A DNA stretch of 64,000 bases, taken from positions 128,001-192,000 of the forward strand of contig CAWKHF010000010.1 of NCBI GenBank assembly GCA_963849325.1. The letters run 5' to 3'. A model generated the notes under the pieces. That model had not been told where the DNA came from. It worked only from the letters and a program-made list of their open reading frames with translations, and did not search any database. Within the stretch, counting starts at the first letter, position 1. Every line of letters starts with the position of its first letter. The translations under genes were made by a program, and so were the position numbers. This document shows positions 20,320 through 31,738 of this stretch, one piece after another. The stretch comes from an uncultured Planctomycetota bacterium. GTDB taxonomy: Bacteria > Planctomycetota > Planctomycetia > Gemmatales > Gemmataceae.

Positions 20320-21336
20320 TCACGCTTGGGACGCGATCAGAGGCAGCGACATCCGCGCCGCGCGCCGCGCCGGCGCGGATGTATTCGTCACCCGGCAGTG
20401 TTTGCCTTGCCAGCTATCCCGTCGCGCCAGCTCGACATGGATCGCCGCCAGCAGGGCGGGCTTGTCGCGGCACCACTCCGGCGCCACCAGGTAATCCGGC
20501 GGCGCGTCGCCGTTGAGGCGGTGGATCACCATCTCCGCCGGCAGACGTTCGAGGAAATCGCAGACGACATGGACGTACTCGTCGCGGTCGAACAGCCGCA
20601 CCGTGCCGCGCCGATACATCTCTTCCAGCGGCGTCTTGCGAACAACATGGAGATTATGGATCTTGACGGCGTGGACCGGCAGACGGGCCAGCGCGTCGGC
20701 GGTCGCCAGCATGTCGTCGTGCGATTCACCGGGCAGGCCGAGGATGACGTGGGCACACAGGTCCAGTCCGCGGCCCCGACAGCGGGCGACGGCGTCGAGG
20801 AAGGCGTCGAAATGATGGCCGCGATTCATCCAATCGAGGGAACGATCGTGGATGCTTTGCAGTCCAAGTTCCAGGCAGACGTAGCGCCGGCGGGCGTACT
20901 CCTGGAGCAGATCGAGCACCGGATTGTGTACCGAGTCCGGGCGAGTGCCGACCGCCAGGCCGACGATGCTCGGGTGGACCAGCGCCTCGTCATAGAGGCG
21001 GCGCAAACGATCGACCGGGGCGTGCGTGTTCGTCGCCGCCTGGAAATACGCGAGAAAGCGCTCGGCGCCGTAGCGGCGGCCGAGCAACTCCACGCCGCGC
21101 TCAACCTGGGCGGCGACGGAGGCGCGCGGCAGGCGGCGATTGGGACTGAAACTGCGGTTGTCGCAGTAGACGCAGCCGCCGGTCGTGACGGTGCCGTCCA
21201 CGTTGGGACAGGTGAAGCCGGCATCAATGGTCACTCGGTACACGCGCGTGCCGAAGCGTTCGCGCAGGAAACGACTGAAGGCATAATAACGCCGCTCGGA
21301 CGTGAAGCCGGCGGGCAGGCAGACGTCGGACGGCAT
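20320..21336 (-). CDS. TIGR01212-type radical SAM protein (YhcC-like)
   Basis: GFTCPNVDG...GGCVYC, YFQAATNT, GTRPD, ELGLQS, VKIHNLHV. Confidence 0.9.
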   Translation of the reverse strand: MPSDVCLPAGFTSERRYYAFSRFLRERFGTRVYRVTIDAGFTCPNVDGTVTTGGCVYCDNRSFSPNRRLPRASVAAQVERGVELLGRRYGAERFLAYFQAATNTHAPVDRLRRLYDEALVHPSIVGLAVGTRPDSVHNPVLDLLQEYARRRYVCLELGLQSIHDRSLDWMNRGHHFDAFLDAVARCRGRGLDLCAHVILGLPGESHDDMLATADALARLPVHAVKIHNLHVVRKTPLEEMYRRGTVRLFDRDEYVHVVCDFLERLPAEMVIHRLNGDAPPDYLVAPEWCRDKPALLAAIHVELARRDSWQGKHCRVTNTSAPARRAARMSLPLIASQA

Positions 21337-21608
21337 GGCCGAGACCCCAAGTCCTCACAGACGGCGACCGCAGACGAATTCTCTCCAGGGTAGGGACCAG
21401 TGGAGGCGGCCGTCAAGCGCGATCGCGCCGCCGTCCGTCGCCGGATGACTTTTTCCTTCCCCTCGGCGGCGGGAGAGTTATAATGAAGAAATCATGTGTA
21501 GGGTTCGTCACGTCAGCCGAACGTTCCCTCAATGAAGACATCGTTCCGAGTTTGTGGCCCCGAAGTAACGCAGCCTTGGGACCGGCACTGAACGGGAGAA
21601 AGTGAACC

Positions 21609-22058
21609 ATGAATTACCAAGTGCATGGGGAATTGCAACCGATCGGCGGCGGCGACGCCATCCCGCTCATCCGCGAGGTCTTGACTCTCGGGCGGCGCGA
21701 GTCGTGCGACATCTGTCTACGCTTCCCCAACATCTCCGGCGTCCACGCGCAGATGCAGTTCCGCAACGGCTACTGGTACATCCGCGACATGAACAGTACC
21801 AACGGCGTCAAGGTGCAGGGCGTCCGCGTCCAGGAGAAGCTGCTGCACCCGCGCGACGAGGTCACCATCGGCAAGCGGAAATACATCATCGACTACGAAT
21901 TGCCGGCCGACCGCCGTGCCCTCGACGAGGTGGTGGAAGAGGACATCATGAGCCAATCGCTGCTGGAAAAGGCCGGCCTGGAACGGCGCAAGCCCGACCG
22001 CTCCGCGCCGAAGTCGTCCACGTTCGACGCCGGCGATTTCCTGCTCGCCGACGAGTGA
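21609..22058 (+). CDS. FHA domain protein
   Basis: LGRRESCDI...SGVHA...DMNSTNGV. Confidence 0.9.
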   Translation: MNYQVHGELQPIGGGDAIPLIREVLTLGRRESCDICLRFPNISGVHAQMQFRNGYWYIRDMNSTNGVKVQGVRVQEKLLHPRDEVTIGKRKYIIDYELPADRRALDEVVEEDIMSQSLLEKAGLERRKPDRSAPKSSTFDAGDFLLADE

Positions 22059-22070
22059 CAATGTGTTTGT

Positions 22071-22126
22071 CCGAGCCTGAAGCGTAAGCGAAGGAATGGC
22101 AATCTTCGCTTACGCTTCAGGCTCGG
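22071..22126. repeat. REP-like hairpin between convergent genes
   Basis: CCGAGCCTGAAGCGTAAGCGAAG...CTTCGCTTACGCTTCAGGCTCGG. Confidence 0.88.
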
Positions 22127-22136
22127 AGGCATTTTG

Positions 22137-23006
22137 CTAGTTTGAAGCCGCAAGCGGCCACAGCAAATCCCAGCCGATCGCGAAAATCGCGGCATCGACC
22201 ATCAAGTGACTGAGCCAGGGCGGCGCGAGAGAGCCGCCGCGTTCGTACAGCCACGCCCACATGGCTCCGCCGACGGCGATGGCCAGAGCAAACGGCAGCG
22301 CCGCCCCCAGGAATCGGCCCGGCAGATACACGTACAGGACGATGACGTGATGGGCCATGAAGGCCAGGCTGGACACGATCATCGCCGGCACCAGCGGCAT
22401 GAACTGCCGTAGACCGCCGAAGACGAACCAGCGCCAGTAGTATTCTTCCAGCCACGAATGGGCCGCCACCACGAAGACGGCCAGGAAGGCGTAGGAGGCC
22501 GGCGTGGCCATGTTGACTTCCTGCAGCTTGGCTTGCAGCCGCGCCGGCGTCTGCGCCAACAGCGACGAGCCGCGCAGTCCGCCGAAGTAAACGGCGAGCA
22601 TGAGGACGGCGACCGCCGACCCAAAAATCAGGGCCGGTTTCCAGGCGCGGGAGCGCGGCCGCGTCAGGTGCAGCCAGCGTGGGTCACGCCAGCCGCTCTC
22701 CAGGGAGACGTCCCAGTCTTTCGGAGCGGGAGGAAGATCGCGGACGGGCGAATGCTCGGCGTAGGTACGTTGCTTCCGCGACCGCGGCCGCGCCCGCCAA
22801 CCGAGAAAGACGAGGAAGGCCAGCGGAAAACTGAACTGGATGATCTTGCCGAGGACGTAGGCCGCTTGCTGCTGTGGATTGACTCTCGATCCGCTGCCGG
22901 CCAGGCCCAGGAAGTAGCTCCAGGCCGCGACGCTCGGAAAGGTCATGGCGAACAACAGCGCCAGGGCCGTCAGCAGCCGCGTTTGCCTCGTCGCCGGGTC
23001 ACTCAT
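22137..23006 (-). CDS. CPBP (CAAX/Abi) intramembrane metalloprotease
   Basis: EEYYWR, FMAHH, SHLMVD motifs. Confidence 0.9.
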   Translation of the reverse strand: MSDPATRQTRLLTALALLFAMTFPSVAAWSYFLGLAGSGSRVNPQQQAAYVLGKIIQFSFPLAFLVFLGWRARPRSRKQRTYAEHSPVRDLPPAPKDWDVSLESGWRDPRWLHLTRPRSRAWKPALIFGSAVAVLMLAVYFGGLRGSSLLAQTPARLQAKLQEVNMATPASYAFLAVFVVAAHSWLEEYYWRWFVFGGLRQFMPLVPAMIVSSLAFMAHHVIVLYVYLPGRFLGAALPFALAIAVGGAMWAWLYERGGSLAPPWLSHLMVDAAIFAIGWDLLWPLAASN

Positions 23007-23038
23007 CGCGCGTTCCTCTGTCGTGATCCGCACGCCGC

Positions 23039-23860
23039 TCAGCACTCGTGTACGAGGCGCCGCACCAGCACGCGCAGCTTTTTCTCGGCGGCGTTGGCGG
23101 TGGCGATGATGTCGGCCAGGTTGGTCGGCTCCAGGGCGTCCGGTAAACACATGTCGGTGATGACGGACAAGCCGATGTTGCGCAGGCCACTGTGTACACC
23201 GACGAGAACCTCCGGCACCGTGGACATGCCGACCACGTCGGCGCCGCCGCCGCGCAGAAAGCGATACTCTGCCCGCGTCTCCAGGTTCGGACCCGGCACG
23301 GCCACGAACACCCCCTGGTGCAAGACGATCTTCTCCTCCAGCGCGATGCGCCGGGCCAGGGCGATCAGCTCGCGGTCATACGGCCGGGCCATGTCGGGGA
23401 AGCGCGGGCCGAGGCGATCGTCGTTGGGTCCGATGAGCGGATTGTCGCCCATCAAGTTGATGTGGTCCTCAATGACCATCAGGTCGCCCTTGGCGAACTG
23501 CGGGTTCATGCCGCCACAAGCGTTGCTGACGAGAAGCACTTCGCAGCCCAGCGCCTTCATGACGCGCACGGGGAGCGTGATCTGCCGCAGCGAATAGCCC
23601 TCGTAGTAGTGGAAGCGCCCTTCCATGGCGATGACGGCCTTGCCGGCGAGATGGCCGCAGACCAACCGGCCAGCGTGCGTCGGCGCCGTCGAATGGGGGA
23701 AGTGCGGGATGTCACCGTAAGGAAGCGCCGCCTCGGCCTCGATCTCCTCGACCAGTCCGCCCAGGCCAGTGCCCAAGATGATGCCGACGCGCGGCCGACC
23801 CTGCCAACGCTCCCGGATGACGGCTTTCGCTTCCTCGATCTGCTCGTACAATCCCAGCAT
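23039..23860 (-). CDS. punA: Purine nucleoside phosphorylase
   Basis: [40 protein letters not shown]. Confidence 0.93.
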   Translation of the reverse strand: MLGLYEQIEEAKAVIRERWQGRPRVGIILGTGLGGLVEEIEAEAALPYGDIPHFPHSTAPTHAGRLVCGHLAGKAVIAMEGRFHYYEGYSLRQITLPVRVMKALGCEVLLVSNACGGMNPQFAKGDLMVIEDHINLMGDNPLIGPNDDRLGPRFPDMARPYDRELIALARRIALEEKIVLHQGVFVAVPGPNLETRAEYRFLRGGGADVVGMSTVPEVLVGVHSGLRNIGLSVITDMCLPDALEPTNLADIIATANAAEKKLRVLVRRLVHEC

Positions 23861-23882
23861 ACGATCACCGCTTCGAGACCCC

Positions 23883-24077
23883 CTAAGCCACCAGCGCCGC
23901 CAGCAAGGCGTTGACGATGGCGCCGAGGATGGGCGGAAGCAGCGACCAGCGCCTTTGACTTGCCTCCGCCAGTCCTCTCTTTATTTCCTGTACTTTTTCG
24001 TCCAGGCTCCTCACGCGCTCGTTGAGGACGGCAAGCTCGCGACTGAGATCGCGGATGATCTCGTCATGGGTTGGTCT
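23883..24077 (-). CDS. Small coiled-coil protein with C-terminal TM; start uncertain
   Basis: [20 protein letters not shown]...[15 protein letters not shown]. Confidence 0.55.
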   Translation of the reverse strand, partial: RPTHDEIIRDLSRELAVLNERVRSLDEKVQEIKRGLAEASQRRWSLLPPILGAIVNALLAALVA

Positions 24078-24085
24078 GACCACGA

Positions 24086-24418
24086 TCAATCCCTTTCGTC
24101 GATCATTTGCAGGAGTTTTTTCATCTGGGCATCGGAGAGTGCTTGCAGAAAATCGCCCCACAAGTCGAGGAGACGGCTGCGCAGGTGCCGCAGCGACCGC
24201 AGTTCGTCCGTGGCCAAGGTAGCGGACATCTGCTGAGCGGCATTGGACAGCGTTAAGGTGTATGTCTTGCGGCCGCGCTCATCCTGTCCTTGCTCCCACC
24301 GGGCGGAAACCTCCGTGATGGTTTGTCCGATGACTTCTTTGAGGCACTCGGACGCTTGTTGCAGCAGGGCGTATTCCTCGGACCTCTGTTTTGTTTGATC
24401 TTGGTAGGTCACGTTCAT
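24086..24418 (-). CDS. Hypothetical protein
   Basis: GGAGG RBS before MNVTYQ; protein-like composition. Confidence 0.65.
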   Translation of the reverse strand: MNVTYQDQTKQRSEEYALLQQASECLKEVIGQTITEVSARWEQGQDERGRKTYTLTLSNAAQQMSATLATDELRSLRHLRSRLLDLWGDFLQALSDAQMKKLLQMIDERD

Positions 24419-24549
24419 GGGAACCTCCGAGGCTTGGATGTCGGCGCCGATCATTCTAGCAGAACAATGGTTCACCGCGGCGCTTTCGCCTGATAAACTG
24501 CAACTCGGACAGAAGGCGTACAGCGGATTGTAGAGAGCGGAGACGAATT

Positions 24550-25542
24550 ATGGCCGTCAACCTGACCCCGCAATATCTGGAGGCGGAGGCGGAGTACAAG
24601 CGCGCCCAGACCGCCGAGGAACGCCTGGAGTGTCTGAAAAAGATGTGGGCGCTGGTGCCCAAGCACAAGGCCAGCGAGAAGCTGCAAGCGGAGTTGAAGA
24701 CCAAGCTCAGCGATGCCCGCGAAGAGGTTGAACACGAGCGCAAAAGTCCCAAGAAGAGCGGCGTCAGTCACAAAATCCCGCGGCAGGGGGCGGGACAGGT
24801 AATCCTTGTCGGCGGTCCCAACGGCGGCAAGAGCCGGCTGCTGACGCGACTGACACGGGCCACGCCGGAGGTCGCTCCCTATCCGTTCACCACCCGCGAA
24901 CCGCACGCCGGCATGATGGAGTGGGAGGACGTGCGCGTTCAGCTCCTCGATACGCCGCCCATCACCGCCGACTACCTGGAGAGCTACCTGTCGAGCATGG
25001 TCCGCTCGGCCGACGCCGCCCTGCTCGTCGTCGATCTGGGCGACGACGAGGGGCCGCTCGCCGCCGAGGCCGTCGTCGAACGGCTGGCCCAAACCAAGAC
25101 GCTTCTCGTCGGCCAACCGCCGGCCGAAAGCGACGACCCCGCGCTGCACCATACCAAGACGATACTGGTGGCCAACAAGCTCGACCTGCCCGAAGCGGCC
25201 GAACGCCTGGAGCTGGTGCGCGAGCTGTTCGGCCCGCGTTTCTCCGTACAAGCGCTGGATGCCGAATCGGGCCGCGGACTGGAGGAGCTGCGCACGGCCA
25301 TCTATCGGCTGCTCAACGTCATCCGCGTCTACAGCAAGAAGCCCGGCAAGCCGCCGGACATGACGTCGCCGTTCACCTGTCCGGCCGGCAGCACCCTCCT
25401 CCAGATGGCCGAGTTGGTCCACCGCGATTTCGCCGACAAGCTCAAGTCGGCCCGCATCTGGGGCACCGGCGTCTACGACGGCCAAACCGTGACGCGCGAT
25501 CACGTGCTGCACGACAAGGACGTTGTGGAACTGCACGTCTGA
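24550..25542 (+). CDS. OBG/DRG-like GTPase with TGS domain
   Basis: GGPNGGKS, YPFTT, DTPP, NKLD; TGS 'VHRDFADKLKSARIWG...DKDVVELH'. Confidence 0.9.
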   Translation: MAVNLTPQYLEAEAEYKRAQTAEERLECLKKMWALVPKHKASEKLQAELKTKLSDAREEVEHERKSPKKSGVSHKIPRQGAGQVILVGGPNGGKSRLLTRLTRATPEVAPYPFTTREPHAGMMEWEDVRVQLLDTPPITADYLESYLSSMVRSADAALLVVDLGDDEGPLAAEAVVERLAQTKTLLVGQPPAESDDPALHHTKTILVANKLDLPEAAERLELVRELFGPRFSVQALDAESGRGLEELRTAIYRLLNVIRVYSKKPGKPPDMTSPFTCPAGSTLLQMAELVHRDFADKLKSARIWGTGVYDGQTVTRDHVLHDKDVVELHV

Positions 25543-25721
25543 AAAAAGTGTGGTTCGGACGCCAAAAGGGTTACAATCGGGAGAGGTTGAGGTGTCCGGT
25601 CGGGGATCCCGTGGCGCCGGCAGGCACCTGCGGTATCGTTGCGGCTCGAACGGTCCTTCGCGTCTCCTACGGCGAAAGCGATGGGCCTCGGGCGCTTTAT
25701 CTCCCCCTACCGAGGTGCAAC

Positions 25722-26266
25722 ATGTTCAAGCGAGGGTTTCCTGTCGTGAGCGCTGGTGCGCTGGCGCTGCTGCTGGCGAGCGCGGGTACGAGTCCGGCCC
25801 AGTATCCCAACTCCAGCGACTGGTTCTACGCCCCCAACGGCATGGGCGGTACGTATTATGCGCCCCGCTTCGTCGGCGCGGCGCCGCCGTCTCCGGCCCC
25901 TATTCCGGTTACGGCGTAGGCTCGTCGATCGCCATCGATCCAATGAACTATGTGGCCTTTTATCCGCCGCTGTACAGCACGCGGGCGCCGGTGGCCGCTC
26001 CCGTCGCCGGACTGTTGCCAGCGGGGCAACCGGCCACCGTCGCGGTGATCGTGCCCGCCGATGCCGTCGTTCGGTTCGATGGACACAAGACCCGCCAGAC
26101 CGGCAGCCATCGTCTCTTCACGACACCCGACCTGGAGAATGGCAAGAGTTATCACTACGCCGTGCAGGCGACGTTCCTGCGTGACGGCAAACCCTTCACG
26201 CAGTCCCAGCGCGTCGAGGTGCGCACCGGCGGTCTGACATCTGCCGTTTTCCCCATCGCGCGGTAG
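25722..26266 (+). CDS. TIGR03000 domain secreted protein; frameshift near 25900
   Basis: ATVAVIVPADAVVRFDGHKTRQTGSHRLFTTPDL...YHY. Confidence 0.85.
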
Positions 26267-26273
26267 ATATTAT

Positions 26274-26332
26274 CCGAGCCGCGAGCGTTAGCGAGCGGGA
26301 GGCAGCGGCGCTCGCTAACGCTCGCGGCTCGG
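26274..26332. repeat. REP-like hairpin
   Basis: CCGAGCCGCGAGCGTTAGCGAGCG...CGCTCGCTAACGCTCGCGGCTCGG; half copy at about 8845-8867. Confidence 0.88.
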
Positions 26333-26357
26333 CCCCTAAACTCACGAGGAAACTTCC

Positions 26358-27563
26358 ATGGACGCCAGGCATGACGAACAGGAATCGGCACGGATCGACC
26401 GACGGGTCTTCCTGGGAGCAGCCCCCCTGATCGGCGCGGCGCTGGGGCGGACGGCGGTGGCGGAAGGACACGATCGGGAGGAGCGGCCGGCAAAAGACGG
26501 GCGACCGTTGGGTGTCATCACCCGCCAGAGGAACCCGGACAACCTGGAATTCCCCTTCTCGAACCTCGACAGCTTCCTCACACCCAACGAACTGTTTTAC
26601 GTCCGCACCCATTTCGACGTACCCGAGCTGGAGGCGAAATCGTGGCGGCTGAAGGTCGAAGGCACCGTCGAGAAGCCGTTCGAGATCGGCTACGACGCCT
26701 TGAAGAAGATGCCGTCGCACACCTTGACGGCCCTGCTGGAATGTTCGGGCAATGGCCGCGTCTTTCTCAAGCCGCCCCAGCTCGGTATCCGCTGGGAACT
26801 GGGCGGCGTCAGCAACGCCGAGTGGACCGGCGTCCGCCTGGCGGACGTGCTGGAGCAGGCCAGCGTCAAGGCCGATGCTGTCGAGGTCATCCTGGAAGGA
26901 GCCGATAAGGGAGAGCTTAAGTCGCCGAACCCGAAGACGCCTGGCGCGATTGCCTACGCCCGCAGCCTGCCGCTGGCGAAGGCGCGCCGGCCCGAGGTGC
27001 TTTTGGCCTACCGGATGAACGACGCCGAGTTGCCGCGGACGCACGGCTATCCGGTGCGTGCAGTCGTGGCCGGCTGGTACGGCATGGCCTCGGTCAAATG
27101 GCTGAAGCGCATCGTCGTCACCGACCGCCCCTTCCACGGCTTCTTCCAGACGTTCATGTACACCACCTGGAAGCGCCGTCATGGCGTGCCGGACCTGGTG
27201 CCGACCAGCGACATCGAGGTCAAGGCCGAGATCGCTCGCCCCGTCCTCCACGAAGTTGTCGCGGCGAAATCGCGCTATCGCGTCCACGGCGCCGCCTGGG
27301 CGGGGGAGTCGGACGTAACGAAGGTGGACGTCAGCAGCGACGGCGGCAAGACCTGGGCGTCGGCGCGGCTGCTCGACAAGGGAGGGGCGTACACCTGGCG
27401 CTTCTGGGAGTACGACTGGCAGACGCCGCCGCGCAGTGGACGCCGGGTGCTGATGGCGCGGGCGACGGACCAGCGCGGCCGTACCCAGCCGATGGAGCGC
27501 GACGACGACCGCCGCGATGGCGTCATCAGTCACGTGCTGCCGGTGGAGGTCGAGGTGCGCTAA
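26358..27563 (+). CDS. Sulfite oxidase-family molybdoenzyme with Tat signal
   Basis: DRRVFL; FYVRTH; LECSGNGR; HGYPVR; SVKWL; ARATD. Confidence 0.93.
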   Translation: MDARHDEQESARIDRRVFLGAAPLIGAALGRTAVAEGHDREERPAKDGRPLGVITRQRNPDNLEFPFSNLDSFLTPNELFYVRTHFDVPELEAKSWRLKVEGTVEKPFEIGYDALKKMPSHTLTALLECSGNGRVFLKPPQLGIRWELGGVSNAEWTGVRLADVLEQASVKADAVEVILEGADKGELKSPNPKTPGAIAYARSLPLAKARRPEVLLAYRMNDAELPRTHGYPVRAVVAGWYGMASVKWLKRIVVTDRPFHGFFQTFMYTTWKRRHGVPDLVPTSDIEVKAEIARPVLHEVVAAKSRYRVHGAAWAGESDVTKVDVSSDGGKTWASARLLDKGGAYTWRFWEYDWQTPPRSGRRVLMARATDQRGRTQPMERDDDRRDGVISHVLPVEVEVR

Positions 27564-27718
27564 TTCGGCGAGCGAAATTTTTCTTGCCTTCGGTTAACCG
27601 AATGAGAATAATCTGAGATACAGCTCCAGGGATGTCAACGGCGCTATCCGTTCGCACGCTCCCGAGCCGTCAGGGATGATGGTGTCCGTCGCCCCGACCC
27701 TTCGACCGAGGAACCCAC

Positions 27719-29339
27719 ATGGCTCCGAACGCACTGCTTCCCCTCGACCGGCTCGACGCCGCGCAGCGAATGGCAAGCCTGGCAGCCCGATGACGCAACG
27801 GCGCTGGGACCGCAAATGGGTCGGCCATCTCTATCGCCGCGCCGCTTTCTGCGCCAACCTCGACGAGCTGCGGGCGGCCGAGCAGCGCGGCCCCCGCGCC
27901 ACGCTCGACCTGCTCTTTCGCGGCGAGCCGGACTGCGACGATGCTGCTGCCCGCGCTGCTGACGGCCGGCGCAGTACACGGCGGCGGCCAACAACCAAGC
28001 CCAGCTGCGCGGCTGGTGGCTGTACTGCATGTTGCACAGCGGCCATCCGCTGCGCGAGAAGCTGACGCTGTTCTGGCACAATCACTTCGCCACCAGCATC
28101 GCCAAGGTCAACAGCACGCGCGAGATGTTCAACCAGAACAAGCTCCTCCGCGAACACGCCCTGGGCAAGTTCGGCCCCTTCCTGCTGGCCATGAGCAAGG
28201 ACGCGGCCATGATGCACTGGCTCGACTCCAACAGCAACATCAAGGGCAAGCCCAACGAGAACTATGCCCGCGAAGTCATGGAGCTGTTCAGCCTCGGCGT
28301 CGGCCATTACACCGAGAAGGACATCCGCGAGGCCGCCCGCGCCTTCACCGGCTGGCACACCGACAGCGACGGCTTCGGCTTCGAGTTCAACGCCGCGCCT
28401 GCACGACGACGGCGCAAAGACGGTCCTTGGGCAAACCGGCAACTGGAACGGCGACGACGTCGTTCGCATCATCCTGCAACAGCCCGCCGCCGCCCGTTTC
28501 CTTGTCCGCAAGCTGTATCGCTTCTACGTCAGCGAGACGCACGAGCCGCCCGACAGCTTCCTCGAACCGCTGGCCGAGTCGTTCCGCAAGAGCGATTACG
28601 ACATCGCCGCCCTGCTGCGGACCATGCTGTCGTCGCGGCACTTCTTCTCGGACTACGCCTTCCGCCAGCGCATCAAGAGTCCGGTCGAGTACGTCCTCGG
28701 CGCGGTGCGCGCGGTGTACCGCGAGTACGAGTCCGAAGGACAAGGTACCATCAACCGCTGACGCAGCAGGTTCTGGTGCGGCAGATCGATGCGATGGGGC
28801 AGTTGTTGTTCGCGCCGCCCAACGTCAAGGGCTGGCGCGGGGCGAAGGCGTGGCTGAACACGTCCACCGTGCTGTCGCGCGACAACTTCGCGCAGGCGCT
28901 GGCGATGGGGACGCTGTGGAACGGCGGCGTAGTGGCCCTGTCTACTTCGGAGGGATTTCCTCGACGGACGTGGACCTCACGGAGGTCGATCTGGCGATCG
29001 ACAACGAAAACGTCATACAGGTTGATGTCACGGACGCGGGCAGCTCCTCCGGCGCCAAGCCGGCCGCACCGCCCAAGCCGACGGACAAGCCGGAGGAACC
29101 GGCGCCGCACAAGGCGTTCGATCCGGCCCGCGTCATCCACGAAGAGAAGGTGACCAAGCGCCAAGGACATCGTTCATCTGCTGCTCGACGTGTATCTGCC
29201 CGGCGGCGTGCGTCCGGCGTCGGAGGCGAAGCTGATCGCCTTCGTGGAGGCGGGCAATCCCAAGGGGCCGGCCCTGGATCGCCGCGTCCGTGAAACCGTC
29301 CATGCGATTATGACCATGCCGGAGTATCAACTGGCGTGA
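27719..29339 (+). CDS. DUF1800 protein; multiple frameshifts
   Basis: HLYRRA, EKLTLFWHNHFATS, PNENYARE, IKSPVE, PPNVKGW, MPEYQLA*. Confidence 0.88.
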
Positions 29340-29442
29340 CGTGGCTTGTTACCAGCCCGAGCGTCAGCGGCGGGTCTACAACCCATCGCTGGCGCTCCGG
29401 GCTAGTACGAGCGAAATCATCTTCCATTCCAAGGAGTCCTTC

Positions 29443-30712
29443 ATGTTCAATCGTCGTCAATTCCTGACCCGCACGCTGCAAGGCTCGTCGCTGCTGGCCC
29501 TCGGCTCGGTGGTGCCGGAGTTCATCGCCAACACCGCGCAGGCCGCCGAAAAGGGCAAGGACACCGTCCTCGTCGTCATCGAGATGAACGGCGGCAACGA
29601 CGGACTCAACACCGTCATCCCCTACGCCGACGACCTGTATCACAAATATCGTCCGACGCTGGGCTACAAGAAAGACCAGGTGGTGCGTCTCAACGATCAC
29701 CTCGGCCTCAACCCCGGCATGGGCAGCTTCCGGCAAATGTGGGACCAAGGGCCAACTCGCCGTCGTGCAGGGCGTCGGCTATCCCAATCCCGACCGTTCG
29801 CACTTCGAGTCGATGGACATCTGGCAGACGGCCGACCCGCGCCGCAACATCAAGACCGGCTGGCTTGGCCGCAGCGTCAACGAGCTGCAAGGCCAGGGCG
29901 GTTTCGTGCCGATCCTGCACATCGGCGGCGGCCGGCAGCCGCTGGCCGTCCAGGGCACACCTGGCGGCGCCGTCAGCATCAACAACCGCCAGCCGTTCAA
30001 GCTCGAACTCGGCGGCGGCACCGTCGCCCAGCACAAGGCGCGGCGAAAACTGCTCGAAGAACTGTCCGCTCCCGAGAAGGACGACAGCGCCGACGACATC
30101 CTGCAATTCGTCCGCCTGCGTCAACTGCGGACCATGACCAGCGTGGAACGCTTGCAGGAAATGCTTGTCGAAGCAGCAACAACGGCCCAACCAGATCTTC
30201 GGCCCGGATGGCTTTTACGGTCCCAATCGCTGCCGATGCAGCTGCAACTGATCGCCAACCTCATTGTCACCGGCTTCGGCACGCGCATCTTCTACGTCAT
30301 GATCGACGGCTTCGACACGCACTCGACGCAGGCCGACGCCCATCGCAAGCTGCTGGCGCAGGTGTCCGACGGCATCACCAACCTGTTCAACACGCTGAAA
30401 AACGGCGGCCACGACAAGCGCGTCCTGGTGATGACGTTCTCGGAGTTCGGCCGCCGCGTGCAGGAGAACGGCAGCAAGGGCACCGATCACGGGGCGGCGT
30501 CGTGTCTGTTCGTCGCCGGCCCGGCCCTCAAGGGCGGCATCGTCGGCGAGCACCCGAGCTTGAAGGACCTCGACAGCGGCGATCTGAAGTACGCCATCGA
30601 TTTCCGCCGCGTCTACGCCACGCTGCTCGACACCTGGCTGCACTGCGACAGCAAGGCCGTCCTTGGCGGCAAGTTCGAGCACCTGGAAGGACTGAAACCG
30701 CGCAAGGCGTAA
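29443..30712 (+). CDS. DUF1501 protein (DUF1800 partner); frameshift near 29750
   Basis: Tat NRRQFL; GGNDGLN; RSHFESMDIW; GFDTH; SEFGRR; GTDHG. Confidence 0.9.
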
Positions 30713-30799
30713 TTCGTTTCGCCGCGACTCGCAGAAGCGCGTGCCATGCGCGCTTCTGCGCATCGCGGCTAAACCTGGGTCTGTTTTCGGAGGTTCGTC

Positions 30800-31706
30800 A
30801 TGTCCCCGCGCAGCCGGCCGGCGTTCACCCTGTTTCAACTGTTGATCGTGCTGGCGATCCTGCTGATCCTGTTCGCCCTGTTGCTGCCGGCGATCATCAA
30901 GGTGCGGGCGATCGGCGCAGCGAACGCAGAGCGTACCAACAATCTCAAGCAGTTGTGTCTCTGGGCCTGCACAACTACGCCGATACCAATCGGCTCTCCT
31001 GCCGCCGGGCGTCGATGACAACCACTTCTCGGCGGCCAGCAAACTGCTGCCCTTCATCGAGCAGCAGGCGAACGTCTACAACACGATCGATTTCAAGAAA
31101 TCGATCGACGACAAGGCCAACGCCGCGGCCCGCAAGGTCAACGATCAAGACGTTCCTCAGCACGGCTGGACCCCATCGCGTCGGTGAAGGACGAATGGGG
31201 CGCGACGAATTACCTCTTCAACGATCAAGCTGTTCTTCGCTCAACTCGAAAGTCGAAGATTCCCCGCCGACATCCCCGACGGCACGAGCAACACCATCGT
31301 CATCGGCGAGACACTCAAGGGCGACGGCAGAACCAAGGCGACCGACGTCCGCCGCCAGTATGTGCTCGTTGAAGAAAGAGGACTCTGAAGGACATCAAGC
31401 CCGACGCCGGCGTCAAGGATTTCAAGGACGACAAGAACATCGCCGGCGATCGCTGCGCCAGCTGGATGGATGGCCGCTTCCTGCAAGGCACGTTCAACGG
31501 CAGGCTGCAGCCCAACGACAAACGGCCGGACGTGAGTTGCGGCGGCGTCGGCGGCGTGTCCGCCCTGCGCAGCTTCGATGAGTCGTCCTCGTCGGCATGG
31601 GCGATGGCAGCGTCCGCACCGTCAATGCCACAGGCGATTTCGCACAAGACCTGGAAGGCCGCCGATGACGCCGGCCGGCGGCGAAGTGCTCGGCACCGAC
31701 TGGTGA
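30800..31706 (+). CDS. DUF1559-like prepilin-type protein, copy 1; frameshifted
   Basis: [13 protein letters not shown]...[27 protein letters not shown]. Confidence 0.8.
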
Positions 31707-31738
31707 ACCGAACGACCCTTTCGACAGGAGATAAAACC

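Noticed and set aside
19082-21336. RiPP cluster (Tyr/Trp-rich peptides plus radical SAM)
   Set aside because: The radical SAM is a convergent TIGR01212-type enzyme with no visible SPASM/RRE domain; the peptides have Sec signals
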